From Anolis carolinensis (taxonomy: Eukaryota), in contig NC_085841.1 in assembly GCF_035594765.1 (NCBI RefSeq), forward strand, positions 185,737,574 through 185,801,573: a stretch of 64,000 nt of DNA, written 5' to 3'. Both the position numbers and the translations under genes were made by a program. Position 1 is the stretch's first letter; every line of letters begins with the position of its first letter. Below the pieces are notes generated by a model, which was not told where the DNA came from, did not search any database, and saw only the letters and a program-made list of their open reading frames with translations. This document shows, piece by piece, positions 1 to 64,000 of the stretch.

Positions 1-1
1 A

Positions 2-63528
<63,527 letters not shown>

Positions 63529-63544
63529 TATATATGGCAAGCAC

Positions 63545-63970
63545 TCCATGCTGGGACATAAAATAATTATAAATATACACAAACATTAAAACTTTAAAAA
63601 CGTGAAACATTAAAACGTTAAACATTAAAATCAGTTATATCTACTTTAAAATCAGCTGTTTAAACCAATTCAGGACACCATGCTGGCTTCGGTCAGCAGA
63701 GTAGGTTTCCTATTATTGCCTCATTGCACTGCCCCAATGGCTTGGTCCCACAGTCAGGTTTTTACCATCTTTCTATAGGACGGGAGGGAGGGGAGTAATC
63801 TAATCTTGCCAGGGAGGGAATTCCATAGCCGGGGGGCAATCACTGAAAAGGCCCTGTTTCTCGTCCCCACCAATGGCGCCTGTGACGGTGGCGGGACCGA
63901 GAGCAGGGCCTCCCTGGAAGATCTTAATCTCCACAGTGGTTCATAGAGGGAGATGTGTTTGGACAGGTAA
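63545..63970 (-). mobile_element. L2-clade LINE 3' end
   Basis: Minus strand encodes ...LRSSREALLSVPPPSQAPLVGTRNRAFSVIAPRLWNSLP..., homologous to 3375-3660. Confidence 0.8.
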
Positions 63971-64000
63971 ACTGTTTTGCTGTCTGCCTCTGTTCAGAAG

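Overview
Vertebrate genomic DNA, most likely an Anolis-type lizard judging by its Sauria SINEs, Penelope elements and DNA-transposon MITEs. The whole window lies inside one + strand gene, NBEAL1 (neurobeachin-like 1). I traced 37 consecutive coding exons from 66 to 62906. All have GT-AG boundaries and matching phases, and they join into about 2022 uninterrupted codons running from the N-terminal ARM-like region through the ConA-like domain, DUF4704/DUF4800-type regions and PH domain into the BEACH domain. The start and the WD40 end lie outside the window. The gene was identified from my recollection of vertebrate NBEAL1 sequence; no database search was run. Introns are packed with nested and composite transposable elements: Penelope-like elements with minimal hammerhead ribozymes, two non-autonomous Helitrons carrying captured TE cargo, hAT, Tc1/mariner, Harbinger-like and Chapaev3-like MITEs, L2, RTE/BovB, Vingi-like and R4/Dong-like LINE ends, and tRNA SINEs. 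The most notable observations are a candidate in-frame 18-nt microexon (18765-18782), a rare GAG splice acceptor, intact hammerhead cores, an inverted-repeat geometry favouring a 585-nt circRNA, and a 51-bp minisatellite inside a MITE. Almost all short ORFs in the track are spurious or TE-derived.
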